The translations under genes and the position numbers were made by a program. The notes under the pieces are model-generated. The model had not been told where the DNA came from and did no database searches. It saw only the letters and a program-made list of their open reading frames with translations. This document shows positions 19,269 through 28,879 of a stretch of DNA of 64,000 nucleotides, one piece after another (position 1 is the stretch's first letter; each line of letters begins with the position of its first letter). The stretch covers positions 288,001 to 352,000 of the forward strand of contig JBBRSP010000002.1 of NCBI GenBank assembly GCA_038245295.1, written 5' to 3'. The stretch is from Candidatus Binatia bacterium. GTDB taxonomy: Bacteria > Desulfobacterota > Binatia > HRBIN30.

Positions 19269-20326
19269 CGTAGGAGCTCCATCGGGTCAGGGACGGCGGC
19301 ACCGGTGAGAAGCCCGTGGCGTGTCAGCATTTGCCGCGTCTCTTCGAGGCTCATCGGCGCATCGTGTGAGCTGTATTCGCCGCCGAGCGCTAGACCTGGG
19401 CATTCGCGGCTCAGCTCGGGCAACAATGGTTGAATCGCCAGGTAGTCACCACGCACGAAGGTGCGAACGCCCTCCTCGGACGAGACCAGCAGCTCATGAA
19501 CCTTCTCGCCCGGACGAATCCCGGTGAACGTCAACGGGATATTGCGGTCGCCAATCAAGACGTGCGCCACGTCGAGGATGCGCGCCGACGGCACTCTGGG
19601 CACAAAGATCTCGCCGGCGGCGGCGTGCTCCACGGCGGCGACGATCGTGTCGACGGCGCATTCGAGGGGCAACAGGAAGCGCGTCATCTCCGCGGTGGTT
19701 ACCGTCAGCGGGCCACCGTCGCGGATCTGCTCGTGGAACAAGGGAATCACCGAGCCCCGAGACGCCAACACGTTGCCGTAGCGCACGCAGACAAAACGCG
19801 TCGTCGCAACCGTGATATTGGCGGTAATCAAGACCCGCTCTTGCAGTGCCTTGGTCATGCCCATCACATTGACCGGCTTACACGCTTTGTCGGTCGACAC
19901 TCCGACGACCACCGCGACGGGCCAATCATGCTCGCGGATGGCGCGCACGAGATTCTCAGCGCCACGCACGTTGGTTTCCACCGCCTCGAATGGGAAGTAC
20001 TCGCAGGCCGGAACCTGCTTGAGGGCCGCAGCATTGACCACCACATCGGCATGCCTGAGCACCGCACACACCGAGGCATAGTCACGGATATCACCGATGC
20101 GGAATTCCAGGACGCGCTCGAAGTTTTGGTAGATGGCCTCGTCGGTCACTGCCCGTCGATGCTGCAGCTCCAGACGCATGAGGTGCTGCTTCGCCTCGTC
20201 GCGCGAGAAGATGATCACCTTCCTCGGCCGGCCATGCGTGCCGCCGAGAAGCCGGCGCGCCAGAACCTTGCCCAACGAGCCGGTGCCGCCGGTGATCACC
20301 ACTGTCTTGTTTTCAAATAGCGACAT
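19265..20326 (-). CDS. fnlA: UDP-GlcNAc 4,6-dehydratase/epimerase (FnlA/CapE/WbvB type)
   Basis: TGGTGSLG, FSRDEAKQ, AAALKQVPACE, STDKA..PVNVMG and RYGNVLASRGSVIPLF motifs. Confidence 0.88.
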   Translation of the reverse strand: MSLFENKTVVITGGTGSLGKVLARRLLGGTHGRPRKVIIFSRDEAKQHLMRLELQHRRAVTDEAIYQNFERVLEFRIGDIRDYASVCAVLRHADVVVNAAALKQVPACEYFPFEAVETNVRGAENLVRAIREHDWPVAVVVGVSTDKACKPVNVMGMTKALQERVLITANITVATTRFVCVRYGNVLASRGSVIPLFHEQIRDGGPLTVTTAEMTRFLLPLECAVDTIVAAVEHAAAGEIFVPRVPSARILDVAHVLIGDRNIPLTFTGIRPGEKVHELLVSSEEGVRTFVRGDYLAIQPLLPELSRECPGLALGGEYSSHDAPMSLEETRQMLTRHGLLTGAAVPDPMELLR

Positions 20327-21236
20327 GCGCCTCCGCGGCAGACGTGAACTGCCGGCGCGGATAACGCGCTGCTGCGTCGGTCAACATCGCATCGATCAGT
20401 CGCGGCCACGGCGGCGGGCTGTAACCCGTGGCCGTGTTAAACCTGGTAGCGTCCAACGACCTGTCGATCGCCGGCCCGGGGGCAGCCATAATATCGATGC
20501 GTTTGCCGTAACGGTCGGCAATTAGTCGCAGCAGATCGAGTTTGGAGATCGGCTCGGCAGCGACGTGGTAAATTCCAACCAGGCCTGGGCTCGGGAGGAT
20601 GTGCTGGCTCAGTATGTGAGCGATCTCGACGGTGGGCAGACCCGAAAAGACGGAGCGGCGAAAGCCATCGACGCTTCCGCGGCACCCGAGGAACCACTCC
20701 AGGAGACCGTGGTTGGTATGCAGCTCATGACCAATGATCGAGGTTCGCAGCGTCAGGGCGCCGCCGTCCATGGGTTCGCCGAGGAGCTTGGAGCACCCGT
20801 AGCGGTCGGCCGGATCGGCAACGTCGGCCTCGCTGTAGTGACCCCTCGCGCCGGAAAATACGCAGTCGGTGCTGAAGTGAATCAAACGAATCCCGTGGCC
20901 GCTGCAGTGCTGCGCCAGGCGGTGCGGTAGAAGGGCGTTCGCCGTAATGAGCGCAAGCGGATCGTTGGCAGACCGCAGTTGCTTCACCATACCGATGCAG
21001 TTGATCAGTACGTCGGGGCGGACGCCGTCGAGTAGCTGCCGCATCGAGTCCTGGTCAGCGGCGTCCACGCCAGCATGGATGCGCGTCTGGAACGCCGGCG
21101 CGACGCGTTCCAAAAGGGCTTCCGGGCGGCGCAAGGCGGCGTGCGTCTCCAGTGCCGGCAGGCGCGATAGGATTTCGAACAACGTATGGCCCAACATGCC
21201 GGTGGCGCCGAGGATCAAGATCTTGGGAGTGCTCAT
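20313..21236 (-). CDS. RmlD-like NDP-4-keto-6-deoxy sugar reductase (WbvR type)
   Basis: GATGMLG, FSTDCVFSG, YGCSKLLGE, RTSIIGHEL and GLLEWFL motifs. Confidence 0.88.
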   Translation of the reverse strand: MSTPKILILGATGMLGHTLFEILSRLPALETHAALRRPEALLERVAPAFQTRIHAGVDAADQDSMRQLLDGVRPDVLINCIGMVKQLRSANDPLALITANALLPHRLAQHCSGHGIRLIHFSTDCVFSGARGHYSEADVADPADRYGCSKLLGEPMDGGALTLRTSIIGHELHTNHGLLEWFLGCRGSVDGFRRSVFSGLPTVEIAHILSQHILPSPGLVGIYHVAAEPISKLDLLRLIADRYGKRIDIMAAPGPAIDRSLDATRFNTATGYSPPPWPRLIDAMLTDAAARYPRRQFTSAAEAHVAI

Positions 21237-21294
21237 TGGAAACCCACGGTCGCTACAGCCCAGCTGATGCGATTGTCAAGCCGCGGTGCCGGGC

Positions 21295-22107
21295 CTACCG
21301 CCTCAATACGCGTTTCTGCAGCCACTGAAACTTGCGCACGATGGGCAAAACGAAGTTGAGCAGCCCGCTTGGCGCCAGAGCGTGGGCATCATCGCGCGGC
21401 AGATAGCCTAGATCGGCGCGCGTCGTCGTGATGTCGAGTCGCTTCAAGCAATTGTCGGAAACGCCGTGGTAGATGCCGAAGCGGAGGTCGTCCGGGGCGG
21501 CGATGGCGGCGTCCAGCAAGCCGATGAGGTCGTCATAGGTAAGTACCATGTTCAAGTGCTCCCCCGCCGGGGAGCGCTGCACGTCCCTGCGGTCCAGCAC
21601 CATTCCCAAGCGCAAGCAAATCACCGACAAGTTGGTTTGGTGTGCGTAGAAGCTGGCGAGCGCTTCACCGCACGCCTTGCTGGCGCCGTAGAGGGTGCTC
21701 GGACGTACCGGCCAGGTTGGTTCGACCGCTACGTCCGCCGGATACCCATCGACCGCTTGAATGCTGCTGGTAAAGATCACACGCCCACATCCGACGTCGC
21801 AGGCCGCCTGGAAGAGATTGTAGAGGCCGATGATGTTACTGGCGAGCAATCCCTCCCATGGTGTGAGCATCCCCGCGGCGCCGAGATGAAGGATGATATC
21901 GATGCCCTGACAGAGCTCGCGCGCCCGGGCCGCGTCGGCGAGGTCAGCTTGAACGAAGGGGAATCCATGGGTTTCGAGCAGCGGATTCACGTCGGTCAGC
22001 AGGAGGTCGTATCGCTCGGCATAGGCCGCGGCTACGACTCGGCCAAGGCGGCCCGACGCCCCGGTCAGGAGCATGCTCGGTTTCACCGCAGGGCCGTTCG
22101 TACTCAT
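21295..22107 (-). CDS. Extended SDR, uronate dehydrogenase/epimerase-like
   Basis: TGASGRLG, FTSS, YGASK and YHGVSDN motifs. ATG 22107 overlaps the upstream stop. Confidence 0.82.
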   Translation of the reverse strand: MSTNGPAVKPSMLLTGASGRLGRVVAAAYAERYDLLLTDVNPLLETHGFPFVQADLADAARARELCQGIDIILHLGAAGMLTPWEGLLASNIIGLYNLFQAACDVGCGRVIFTSSIQAVDGYPADVAVEPTWPVRPSTLYGASKACGEALASFYAHQTNLSVICLRLGMVLDRRDVQRSPAGEHLNMVLTYDDLIGLLDAAIAAPDDLRFGIYHGVSDNCLKRLDITTTRADLGYLPRDDAHALAPSGLLNFVLPIVRKFQWLQKRVLRR

Positions 22108-22853
22108 CGGCGCGGCAGGCTCGGCGGTGACACGACGTCGGCGGTTGTTGCGGCTTTGGCGTCGGTCGGTTGTTGGCGACGTCGCAGGAGAGCGGCACGG
22201 GCGATCCGGACGTAGTCCGTCTTGCTGTGGGATTCGCGCAGCGTCGTGTTGGCGCCATGGATTCTGCGGCGCAGCACGAGCTGCGGCAGGGTTGCGGTTC
22301 GCAGTCCCTGATCGAGTGCTCTCGCCTGCCAATCAATGAACTCGCCGATCCGCAAGCCGGGGTCGAAGAGACCGATGCGCGAGAACGAGGCGCGACGAAT
22401 CAACATCGCCGGTTTCATTTGAACCCTCAGCAGGCCTGCCGGGCACACCAGTTTTCGTCGACTCTCTGCATCGAGCTCTGGGCTGAGGAAGCACTCAACG
22501 GCGCCGAAGACGGCCTCGAGTTCGGGGTTGGCCTCAAGAACCGCCATCTGCAGAGTCAACTTTTCTGAAGTCCAAAGATCGTCGGCATCCAGGAAGGCGA
22601 GACACTCGCCGCGGGAGAGCTCAATGCCGTGATTCACCGCGGTGCTGATACCGCCATGAGGTTGGTAGTCGTAGCGCACTGCTGATCCAAACCCGCGTAC
22701 GACCTCGGCCGTGCGATCCGTGGATCCATCGTCGACCACGATGATGTCGAGCCGGCGATACGACTGTGCCAACACGCTGTCCAACGCTGCGCCGAGATAA
22801 CGGTCGGCGTTATAAGCAGGGATGACGACGCTAATGAGCAATGGTTCGCGCAT
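22104..22853 (-). CDS. GT2 (GT-A fold) glycosyltransferase
   Basis: ISVVIPAYN, VVDDGSTD and FLDADD motifs. Confidence 0.92.
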   Translation of the reverse strand: MREPLLISVVIPAYNADRYLGAALDSVLAQSYRRLDIIVVDDGSTDRTAEVVRGFGSAVRYDYQPHGGISTAVNHGIELSRGECLAFLDADDLWTSEKLTLQMAVLEANPELEAVFGAVECFLSPELDAESRRKLVCPAGLLRVQMKPAMLIRRASFSRIGLFDPGLRIGEFIDWQARALDQGLRTATLPQLVLRRRIHGANTTLRESHSKTDYVRIARAALLRRRQQPTDAKAATTADVVSPPSLPRR

Positions 22854-22856
22854 GAA

Positions 22857-23912
22857 TCAGGTTCCAGATAAGAACGCCCGGATCACCCGCGGGATTTGCT
22901 CCACCTCTGTTCCCACCTCGAGGCGATAACACGCTACCCGTCGCAGCAAGGCGCCGATCATCCGGAAGGCCGCTGGCGCCACTGCCGCCACTTGAAAGAT
23001 GTTACTCGGGATCAGCGCCTTAACGCCTGCCGTCGCCGAAGTAGGCTGCAGTCTCGTGTCGCGGCGTCCGGTCACGCATGGTAACAGGACCGCATGGATG
23101 GGCAGGTGGCCGACAATCTGTCCCTTCCAGACGTCGTGCAGAAGGAACAACGCTTTCTCACCGGCCTCTCGTTCGGGGTTACGCACATGTGGGAGAAAGA
23201 CCGGCAATAGCCGCAGACTGTCGTCGGTCAACTTTCCCGAACTGAACAGGCTCGACGCCTGAGGCGATGGCAAGGGCGAGAACAGGCAATAGTCGTCGCT
23301 GACGTACTTCATACCAGCGGCGAGGCAGGCAAGAGCGGATGTCGACTTACCCGCTCCACCGCCGCCTGCCAACAACACACCTCCCTCCGGTGTGCCGACA
23401 ACGCCGGCGTGCAGGACTTGCTGCCCGCGGACACAGACTAGACCTTGCAGGAAGAGCACAAATGGCGAGCCCCTCTCGGCCGCCGAAAGCCGATCTGGGT
23501 CGGCGACCCAGTAGAAACCAAGCCTTCGCGACATGTCCAATACGCTAAGCGTGTCGGTCGCTGCATTGAATACCACGGTGAAGGTTCCATCGCCGGCAGA
23601 AAACCCCTGCGCCAGCGAGAACCCGGCAGGAAACCACGACGACGGTGCGACGCGCAACCGGGAAGAAACGCTATCCCAAAGGCAGATCGTCAGATCCGGT
23701 GTCGACGCCAGGGTCGGTCGTGCAAGGTGCGCCAACGCCGGGGTAAGATGCGGGATCAGCGCGGTAGTGGCGAATTGCAGGCGGATATGGCTTCCGCCCA
23801 CTATGTAGTCGCGATTGGTGGGAGCGCCGGAAGACTTTGTCGCCTGTTGGAAAAGCTCGTGGGTTTCGGCGAGCAGCGTCCCGGAAAGATGCTTCTGGCT
23901 GTCCCTCTCCAT
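22857..23912 (-). CDS. HPr-kinase-like Ser kinase (lasso-peptide kinase type)
   Basis: LHAGVV, Walker A GGGGAGKST, and YVSDD. Start uncertain (23912 or 23978). Confidence 0.82.
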   Translation of the reverse strand: MERDSQKHLSGTLLAETHELFQQATKSSGAPTNRDYIVGGSHIRLQFATTALIPHLTPALAHLARPTLASTPDLTICLWDSVSSRLRVAPSSWFPAGFSLAQGFSAGDGTFTVVFNAATDTLSVLDMSRRLGFYWVADPDRLSAAERGSPFVLFLQGLVCVRGQQVLHAGVVGTPEGGVLLAGGGGAGKSTSALACLAAGMKYVSDDYCLFSPLPSPQASSLFSSGKLTDDSLRLLPVFLPHVRNPEREAGEKALFLLHDVWKGQIVGHLPIHAVLLPCVTGRRDTRLQPTSATAGVKALIPSNIFQVAAVAPAAFRMIGALLRRVACYRLEVGTEVEQIPRVIRAFLSGT

Positions 23913-23956
23913 AGTGCGGTGTTCCCGAACTGCGGCCAAATTGATGGGCGAACGAT

Positions 23957-24433
23957 CTAACTCTTGGACTTCGGCCAACCGGAATCGTCGACCTCATGAA
24001 TCGGATCGAGCAGAAGCAACTCCTGCATATCGGTGTACTTCTGCAACGTCGGAATCTCGAACGGTCGCTTGGCGGTCGTCTGGCGTGGTGCGGCAGCGTC
24101 GGGCGACGTGGCCGCACCACCTTCGTCTGCGTCTGTGGCTACGAGCACGATGCCTTCCCGTTCCAGTTCGCTGAGAAATGTGGAGGCCGCTTGCGCCATG
24201 GCAGCGCCATCACCTTCGAAGTGCTCGGCGAGGGCAGCCTCAATCTGGCGGCTCGTTGCCCCGTGCTCAACCGCACCGCAGATCGTCGCGCCGGTCGTGC
24301 CCAAACTGTAGTAGGTACCGCTTTCGAGATTGACGATGACCACTTCGTCCTCGAACGTTTCGAGGATGACCGTCGGGCTGTTCAATCGATAGCGGGACTG
24401 AGGAATTATTTGAGCCACCGTCTGCGAAACCAT
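23957..24433 (-). CDS. PqqD/RRE-domain protein with a leader-like C-terminal tail
   Basis: RRE pattern ETFEDEVVIVNLESGTYYSLGTTGATI...FLSELEREGIV, an Ala-rich linker, then FEIPTLQKYTDMQELLLLDPIHEVDDSGWPKSKS. Confidence 0.88.
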   Translation of the reverse strand: MVSQTVAQIIPQSRYRLNSPTVILETFEDEVVIVNLESGTYYSLGTTGATICGAVEHGATSRQIEAALAEHFEGDGAAMAQAASTFLSELEREGIVLVATDADEGGAATSPDAAAPRQTTAKRPFEIPTLQKYTDMQELLLLDPIHEVDDSGWPKSKS

Positions 24434-24468
24434 GATCAGCGGCTAGGTGAAGCCCCGAGTGATGTCAA

Positions 24469-25596
24469 TCAGACTTGGCTTCGCGCAGACTTGGCGTCGC
24501 GGACACGCGCATACGCTCGCTCGTACATGCCGATCACCTGCGGCTGGATCACGGAATACTCCAGTCGCTCGCCGGTCGTCCGCATGTTGATCGCGGCCGC
24601 CCCATCGACCATGGCATCATCGGCTACGGCGCGCCGGATCGCTTCGGCGACTTGAGCCGGGTCATCCGGATCGACGAACAGAGCGGATTCTCCATCGGTC
24701 GCCCATTCATCCACACAGGCGGTCGGCGATTGGATGGGGAAGGCTCCCATCATCATGGCCTCCAGAAAGCTGTGGCTGATGCCATCACTGATCGAAAGGC
24801 CGATGGATACTCTGGCCCGGCCTTGCAGGGCGATCATCTTGTTGTGAGGCAGAAAGCGCGGCATCTCGACGTGCAGCCCGGTGTCGTTGGCCAGCAGCTC
24901 AGCGGCAATTCGTACATCCTGTCCGCCGGCCAGATAGACCACGATGCGGTAGCCCGGCAGCGCATCGGCGCACATCCGTAGGGCCTTGAGTCCCACCAGC
25001 GCCCGCCCGGCCCAACTCTGATAGCCTCTCAGCAGAATCATCCGGCGGGCGGACGTCGGGCCCGGCGGACAGAGGGCCTGCAGCTCTCGCACTCGATAGC
25101 CACCGCCCATGGGAACGACCGGCAACACGTCACCGGCGAACCCGCCGGAACGCGCCAGGGGTATGTCCCGATCACACTCGCAAACGTAGAATTGGCAGCC
25201 ACGCATCACCGCCTCGATGCGCGGGCGATGCTCCTTCAACCGCCCAAACAGGAAAAGGTCGCTGCCCCAGTTGCTGACGATCCACACGGGAAAGGCACCC
25301 GGCTCGAGGATGTCGCGGGCCGCCTGCGTCAGGTACCCGGCATGCTGGATTTCGAGCGAGTGAATGAAGTCGGGACGTATGACCTGAATGACAGCCGCCA
25401 GTCGTCGCGCCCGTTCACGCCAGGGTAACGACTGAGGTCCGCCCTCGTGAAGCGTAATGCTCGGCAACTGGCGCGCCTCCGGCGACAGTTCGTCCTCCAC
25501 AGGAAATACGTGCAGATCCCAGCCCAGCCCTTGCAACTGACTGATCCAGCGCTGAGTGTGGACGCTATTGGCCATCGCCACGAAGAGGATTTTCAT
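24469..25596 (-). CDS. GT4 glycosyltransferase
   Basis: ANSVHTQRW, WGSDL and SDGISHSFLEAM motifs. ATGA overlap with the upstream gene. Confidence 0.88.
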   Translation of the reverse strand: MKILFVAMANSVHTQRWISQLQGLGWDLHVFPVEDELSPEARQLPSITLHEGGPQSLPWRERARRLAAVIQVIRPDFIHSLEIQHAGYLTQAARDILEPGAFPVWIVSNWGSDLFLFGRLKEHRPRIEAVMRGCQFYVCECDRDIPLARSGGFAGDVLPVVPMGGGYRVRELQALCPPGPTSARRMILLRGYQSWAGRALVGLKALRMCADALPGYRIVVYLAGGQDVRIAAELLANDTGLHVEMPRFLPHNKMIALQGRARVSIGLSISDGISHSFLEAMMMGAFPIQSPTACVDEWATDGESALFVDPDDPAQVAEAIRRAVADDAMVDGAAAINMRTTGERLEYSVIQPQVIGMYERAYARVRDAKSARSQV

Positions 25597-26348
25597 GGCG
25601 CCACAACGAATGGCCACGCCCCTCCGGAAGCCCGATAGGCAGACCGGCCGGCACGCGCATTCGCCAATTTACGGATGAGCAGGCGCTGCGACTCCTCGAT
25701 GGCCGCGCAATCGGAGAAATGTGGATGGCGCAGATGGTGACCGACGACCCGCTCCGTGTAAACGGGGGATAAGCCCAGGCCTTGCGTCAGGCAGAGTGCA
25801 AACCACACGTCCTCGCTGCAGGGGCGCTCGAACTCCTCGTCGTTACCACCGGCGGCGTACAGATCTCGGCGCCACAGGCTGCCCAGGAAGAACAGCGGCC
25901 GCGGGCGCAGCGGGCCGGTATAGGTCATCAGGCCGCTGCCGACGCCAGCGTCGGGCTCGCAACACGGGTTGCCCTGCTCATCGGTGTTGATCACCGTGGC
26001 GATCAAGAAACACCCCGTCTGCAGATCCGTGACCAGGCGTTCGATAGCGTCCGGGCCTGCGTGCACGACGTCGTCGCTTTGACAAATGACCACATCACCT
26101 CGCGCCCGGCGGTAGGAAGCGTTGCGTGCCTTCGCCGGGTTGCGGTAGGAGGCGTCGGTTCGTTGCATCGAGTGGTAGATGACCGGGTAGCGGCGGCAGA
26201 CGCGGGCCGTTTCCTGATTGTTGCCGTCGTCAGCGACGATCACCTCGAAGTCGAAGCCTGGCTGCTGACAAAAGATGCTCTGGAGCACCCTATTCAGGTG
26301 GTCGGGCTTATCGTGCGTCGCCAGGCAAATGGAGCACGTCACCGGCAC
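25593..26348 (-). CDS. GT2 glycosyltransferase
   Basis: FEVIVADDG, ARN, QSDD and GGNDE...SEDVWF motifs. Confidence 0.85.
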   Translation of the reverse strand: MPVTCSICLATHDKPDHLNRVLQSIFCQQPGFDFEVIVADDGNNQETARVCRRYPVIYHSMQRTDASYRNPAKARNASYRRARGDVVICQSDDVVHAGPDAIERLVTDLQTGCFLIATVINTDEQGNPCCEPDAGVGSGLMTYTGPLRPRPLFFLGSLWRRDLYAAGGNDEEFERPCSEDVWFALCLTQGLGLSPVYTERVVGHHLRHPHFSDCAAIEESQRLLIRKLANARAGRSAYRASGGAWPFVVAP

Positions 26349-26432
26349 TTTCTCCGCACGCAGCAGGCTATCATGTGCGACGGCCGCGTGTCAGCCGAGC
26401 CAGGCCAGATGTTCTGCGACGCCACGTACACT

Positions 26433-27896
26433 TCAGTACGCCCCACGCCCGCGCAGCACGGCGCCGAGCGTGCGGACGAGGATCATGGCATCCATCCACA
26501 ACGACCAGTTGCGCACGTAGTACTCATCAAGCAGAACACGTTGTTCGAATGGCAGCTCATTGCGGCCGCTGACTTGCCATAAACCCGTCAGCCCCGGCCG
26601 CGCCCGCAATACCGTGTCGGCCGCTGCCCCCATACGATCCAGCTCGGCACCGAGGTAGGGGCGCGGGCCGACCAGACTCATCTCTCCCTTGATGACGTTC
26701 CAGAGCTGCGGCAGCTCGTCGAGGCTCCAGCGGCGCAAGACTCGTCCACTACGTGTGAGACGGGGATCATCCACTTTCAGCTTGGCGAACTGCGCCCAGT
26801 CGCGGTTGGCTTGCTCGTCGTTGGCCAGATGCGCCGTGAGCGACGCGTCGCTGCCGATACGCATCGTGCGCAGCTTCATACAAACGAACTCGCGGCGGCG
26901 GCGACCGAGGCGCGTCTGCCCGTAGAAAGCCGGGCCAGGTGAATCGAGGCGAATCGCCACGGCGAGAACCGCGACGATCGGCGCGACGATGGCGCCGATC
27001 GTCAGGCTCAAGGATACATCGAAGGCTCTCTTGATGGCGGAATTCCAAGGCTTCGCGAGGTTGCGCCGCAGGTGCAGGAGGAGTGTGCCGTTGACGTCCT
27101 CGGCCTCCACGCCAACCGTCGCCAAACCGACCAGATCAGGGACCAGTCGGATACTCTCGATCAGCCCTTCGCACGATTCGATCAGCCGCAACAGGCGTTG
27201 GCGCGGCAGTTGCGGGCTGGCAATCACCAGGTCCTTCACGCCGAGCGCGACGATATGAGCCGGCAATTCGTCGAGCGGACCGACAATCGGGATTCCATTG
27301 ATTTGCTGACCTATCAAAAGCGCGTCGTCGTCGATAAAGGCCGCCGTTTCGTAGCCAAGTACGCGGTCCGCCGTCAGATGTTGATAGACATCGCGACCGG
27401 TGGACCCGGCGCCGACGATGACGATGCGCTTGCGCAGCCAACCGGCACGCGCCAGCAGGCGTTTGGTCACCTGGCGCGCCAGCGGTATCAGCACCAACGA
27501 TGACAACCATGTCAAACCGATGACGACCCGCGACAGAGCCAGCTCAGGACGACCGGCGTAAGAAAGGACGATACTGAGAGCGGCACCAAAGGAAGTCGCG
27601 CGTATGCAGAGGCGCACGTCATCCCAGGCGCTCAGGCGGCGCGTGTAGAGGCCGCGTTGCGCGAAGGCAAAGGTCCACGGGAGAAAAAAGTATTGCCCGT
27701 AGAGGAAAGTCGAAAGCGGATCGACGGGCCCGATGCCCGGCGACAGACCTTCTAGGAGCTTAGCGCGCAGCAGCCACGCCAGTGTGACACAAACGAGAAG
27801 TGCCACCCAATCCGTGAGTAGCAAGCTGGCCACCGCAGCGGCCCGGCGCAACAGATCGGCGGCTGCGCCGCTTGATGACTGGCGCACAGAGCTCAC
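26433..27896 (-). CDS. wbaP: Undecaprenyl-phosphate hexose-1-phosphate transferase (WbaP/WcaJ type)
   Basis: N-terminal TM helices, IVGAG, KRAFD, KLRTM, DPRLT..G..LRRWSLDELPQL, MSLVGPRP and PGLTGLWQVSGR. Confidence 0.92.
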   Translation of the reverse strand: MSSVRQSSSGAAADLLRRAAAVASLLLTDWVALLVCVTLAWLLRAKLLEGLSPGIGPVDPLSTFLYGQYFFLPWTFAFAQRGLYTRRLSAWDDVRLCIRATSFGAALSIVLSYAGRPELALSRVVIGLTWLSSLVLIPLARQVTKRLLARAGWLRKRIVIVGAGSTGRDVYQHLTADRVLGYETAAFIDDDALLIGQQINGIPIVGPLDELPAHIVALGVKDLVIASPQLPRQRLLRLIESCEGLIESIRLVPDLVGLATVGVEAEDVNGTLLLHLRRNLAKPWNSAIKRAFDVSLSLTIGAIVAPIVAVLAVAIRLDSPGPAFYGQTRLGRRRREFVCMKLRTMRIGSDASLTAHLANDEQANRDWAQFAKLKVDDPRLTRSGRVLRRWSLDELPQLWNVIKGEMSLVGPRPYLGAELDRMGAAADTVLRARPGLTGLWQVSGRNELPFEQRVLLDEYYVRNWSLWMDAMILVRTLGAVLRGRGAY

Positions 27897-28546
27897 CGCT
27901 GCACCACGAGGACGAGACTATGGGTAAGGCCGAGCAGTCGCAGCCGAATCAGTGAGGTTTTGCTGTTTACGGGCGCCAGCGAGCGCAGTTGGCGAGCGCT
28001 CAGCAGATTCAGGTTCGCCTCGGTGGCCCACGCTGCATGTCCGAGCCAGCGGTACAGTCGGTTGCGCAGTGGCATGGGCAAGAAGTGCAACAGTGGCAGG
28101 TAGGTGTGCAGGTCGACTGGGAACCAGCGATTCGGAGTGGCGACACAGACCCTCTCGGCGACGCGCAGCATTTCGGCGACGAGCCGGCGTTGCCGATCGC
28201 GGCTACCGACGTGCTCGATGACGGCGTTGGCGACAGCGAGGGCGAAACTATTGTCAACGAAGGGCAGATCGCAGCCGTCGGCCGTCAATGTGGTCGTCGT
28301 CGCGTGCGCAGCGGCGAAGCGTTGCGCTTGCGAGAGGTTGTAGGCACAGGCGATGACGCGGCGCGCGTAGCGCGAATCGGTGGCGAAGAAATCGGCGCCG
28401 CCGCCAGGACTGCCGCTTACGCCGATCTCAAGAAACGGCCGCGGGCCGGGGGTGAGAATCAACCGGCTGAGGAGATCAAGCTTACTCTTCCGGGAACGCA
28501 GGCGCAGCGGTTCGGCGAGAGTTTGAACGAGGCGACTTAGCGACAT
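27893..28546 (-). CDS. Class I SAM-dependent methyltransferase
   Basis: LEIGVSG, DGCDLPFVDNSF, NAVIEHV and TPNRWFP..H motifs. Confidence 0.82.
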   Translation of the reverse strand: MSLSRLVQTLAEPLRLRSRKSKLDLLSRLILTPGPRPFLEIGVSGSPGGGADFFATDSRYARRVIACAYNLSQAQRFAAAHATTTTLTADGCDLPFVDNSFALAVANAVIEHVGSRDRQRRLVAEMLRVAERVCVATPNRWFPVDLHTYLPLLHFLPMPLRNRLYRWLGHAAWATEANLNLLSARQLRSLAPVNSKTSLIRLRLLGLTHSLVLVVQR

Positions 28547-28556
28547 TTCAACCAGT

Positions 28557-28775
28557 TCATTGTCCCTGTACGAGCGACAGAGGGCTCAATACGGTCCCCA
28601 GGATCGGGGTATGTTGCAGATCGCCGCCGGTCAGCACCTTGACCAGCGCGAAGACTGCCGCCGCCGCAGCAGCCTCCAAACCGACGGCGATCACTGCCAG
28701 CGGGATGCACCAGTACCCCAGGCGCCGATTCGGTGCGGGCAACAACGCGACGCACTGGCGTAGCGCCGCGAACAT
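28557..28775 (-). pseudogene. Probable N-terminal remnant of an ABC exporter (PglK/MsbA-like)
   Basis: MFAALRQCVALLPAPNRRLGYWCIPLAVIAVGLEAAAAAAVFALV resembles an elbow helix plus TM1, then stops after 72 aa. Confidence 0.5.
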
Positions 28776-28879
28776 GCACGTATCGGTGTTGCTGCTCATC
28801 AGCCGGGAAGAACAACACCCCGCGCCGAATGTTGCAAGCAGATGGCGACGATTCGCCAAGCATGGCATGAGAGTGCCCC

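Noticed and set aside
13924..24433. Conventional lasso peptide or PQQ biosynthesis cluster
   Set aside because: No cyclase, leader peptidase or separate precursor is seen, and no pqqA/B/C.
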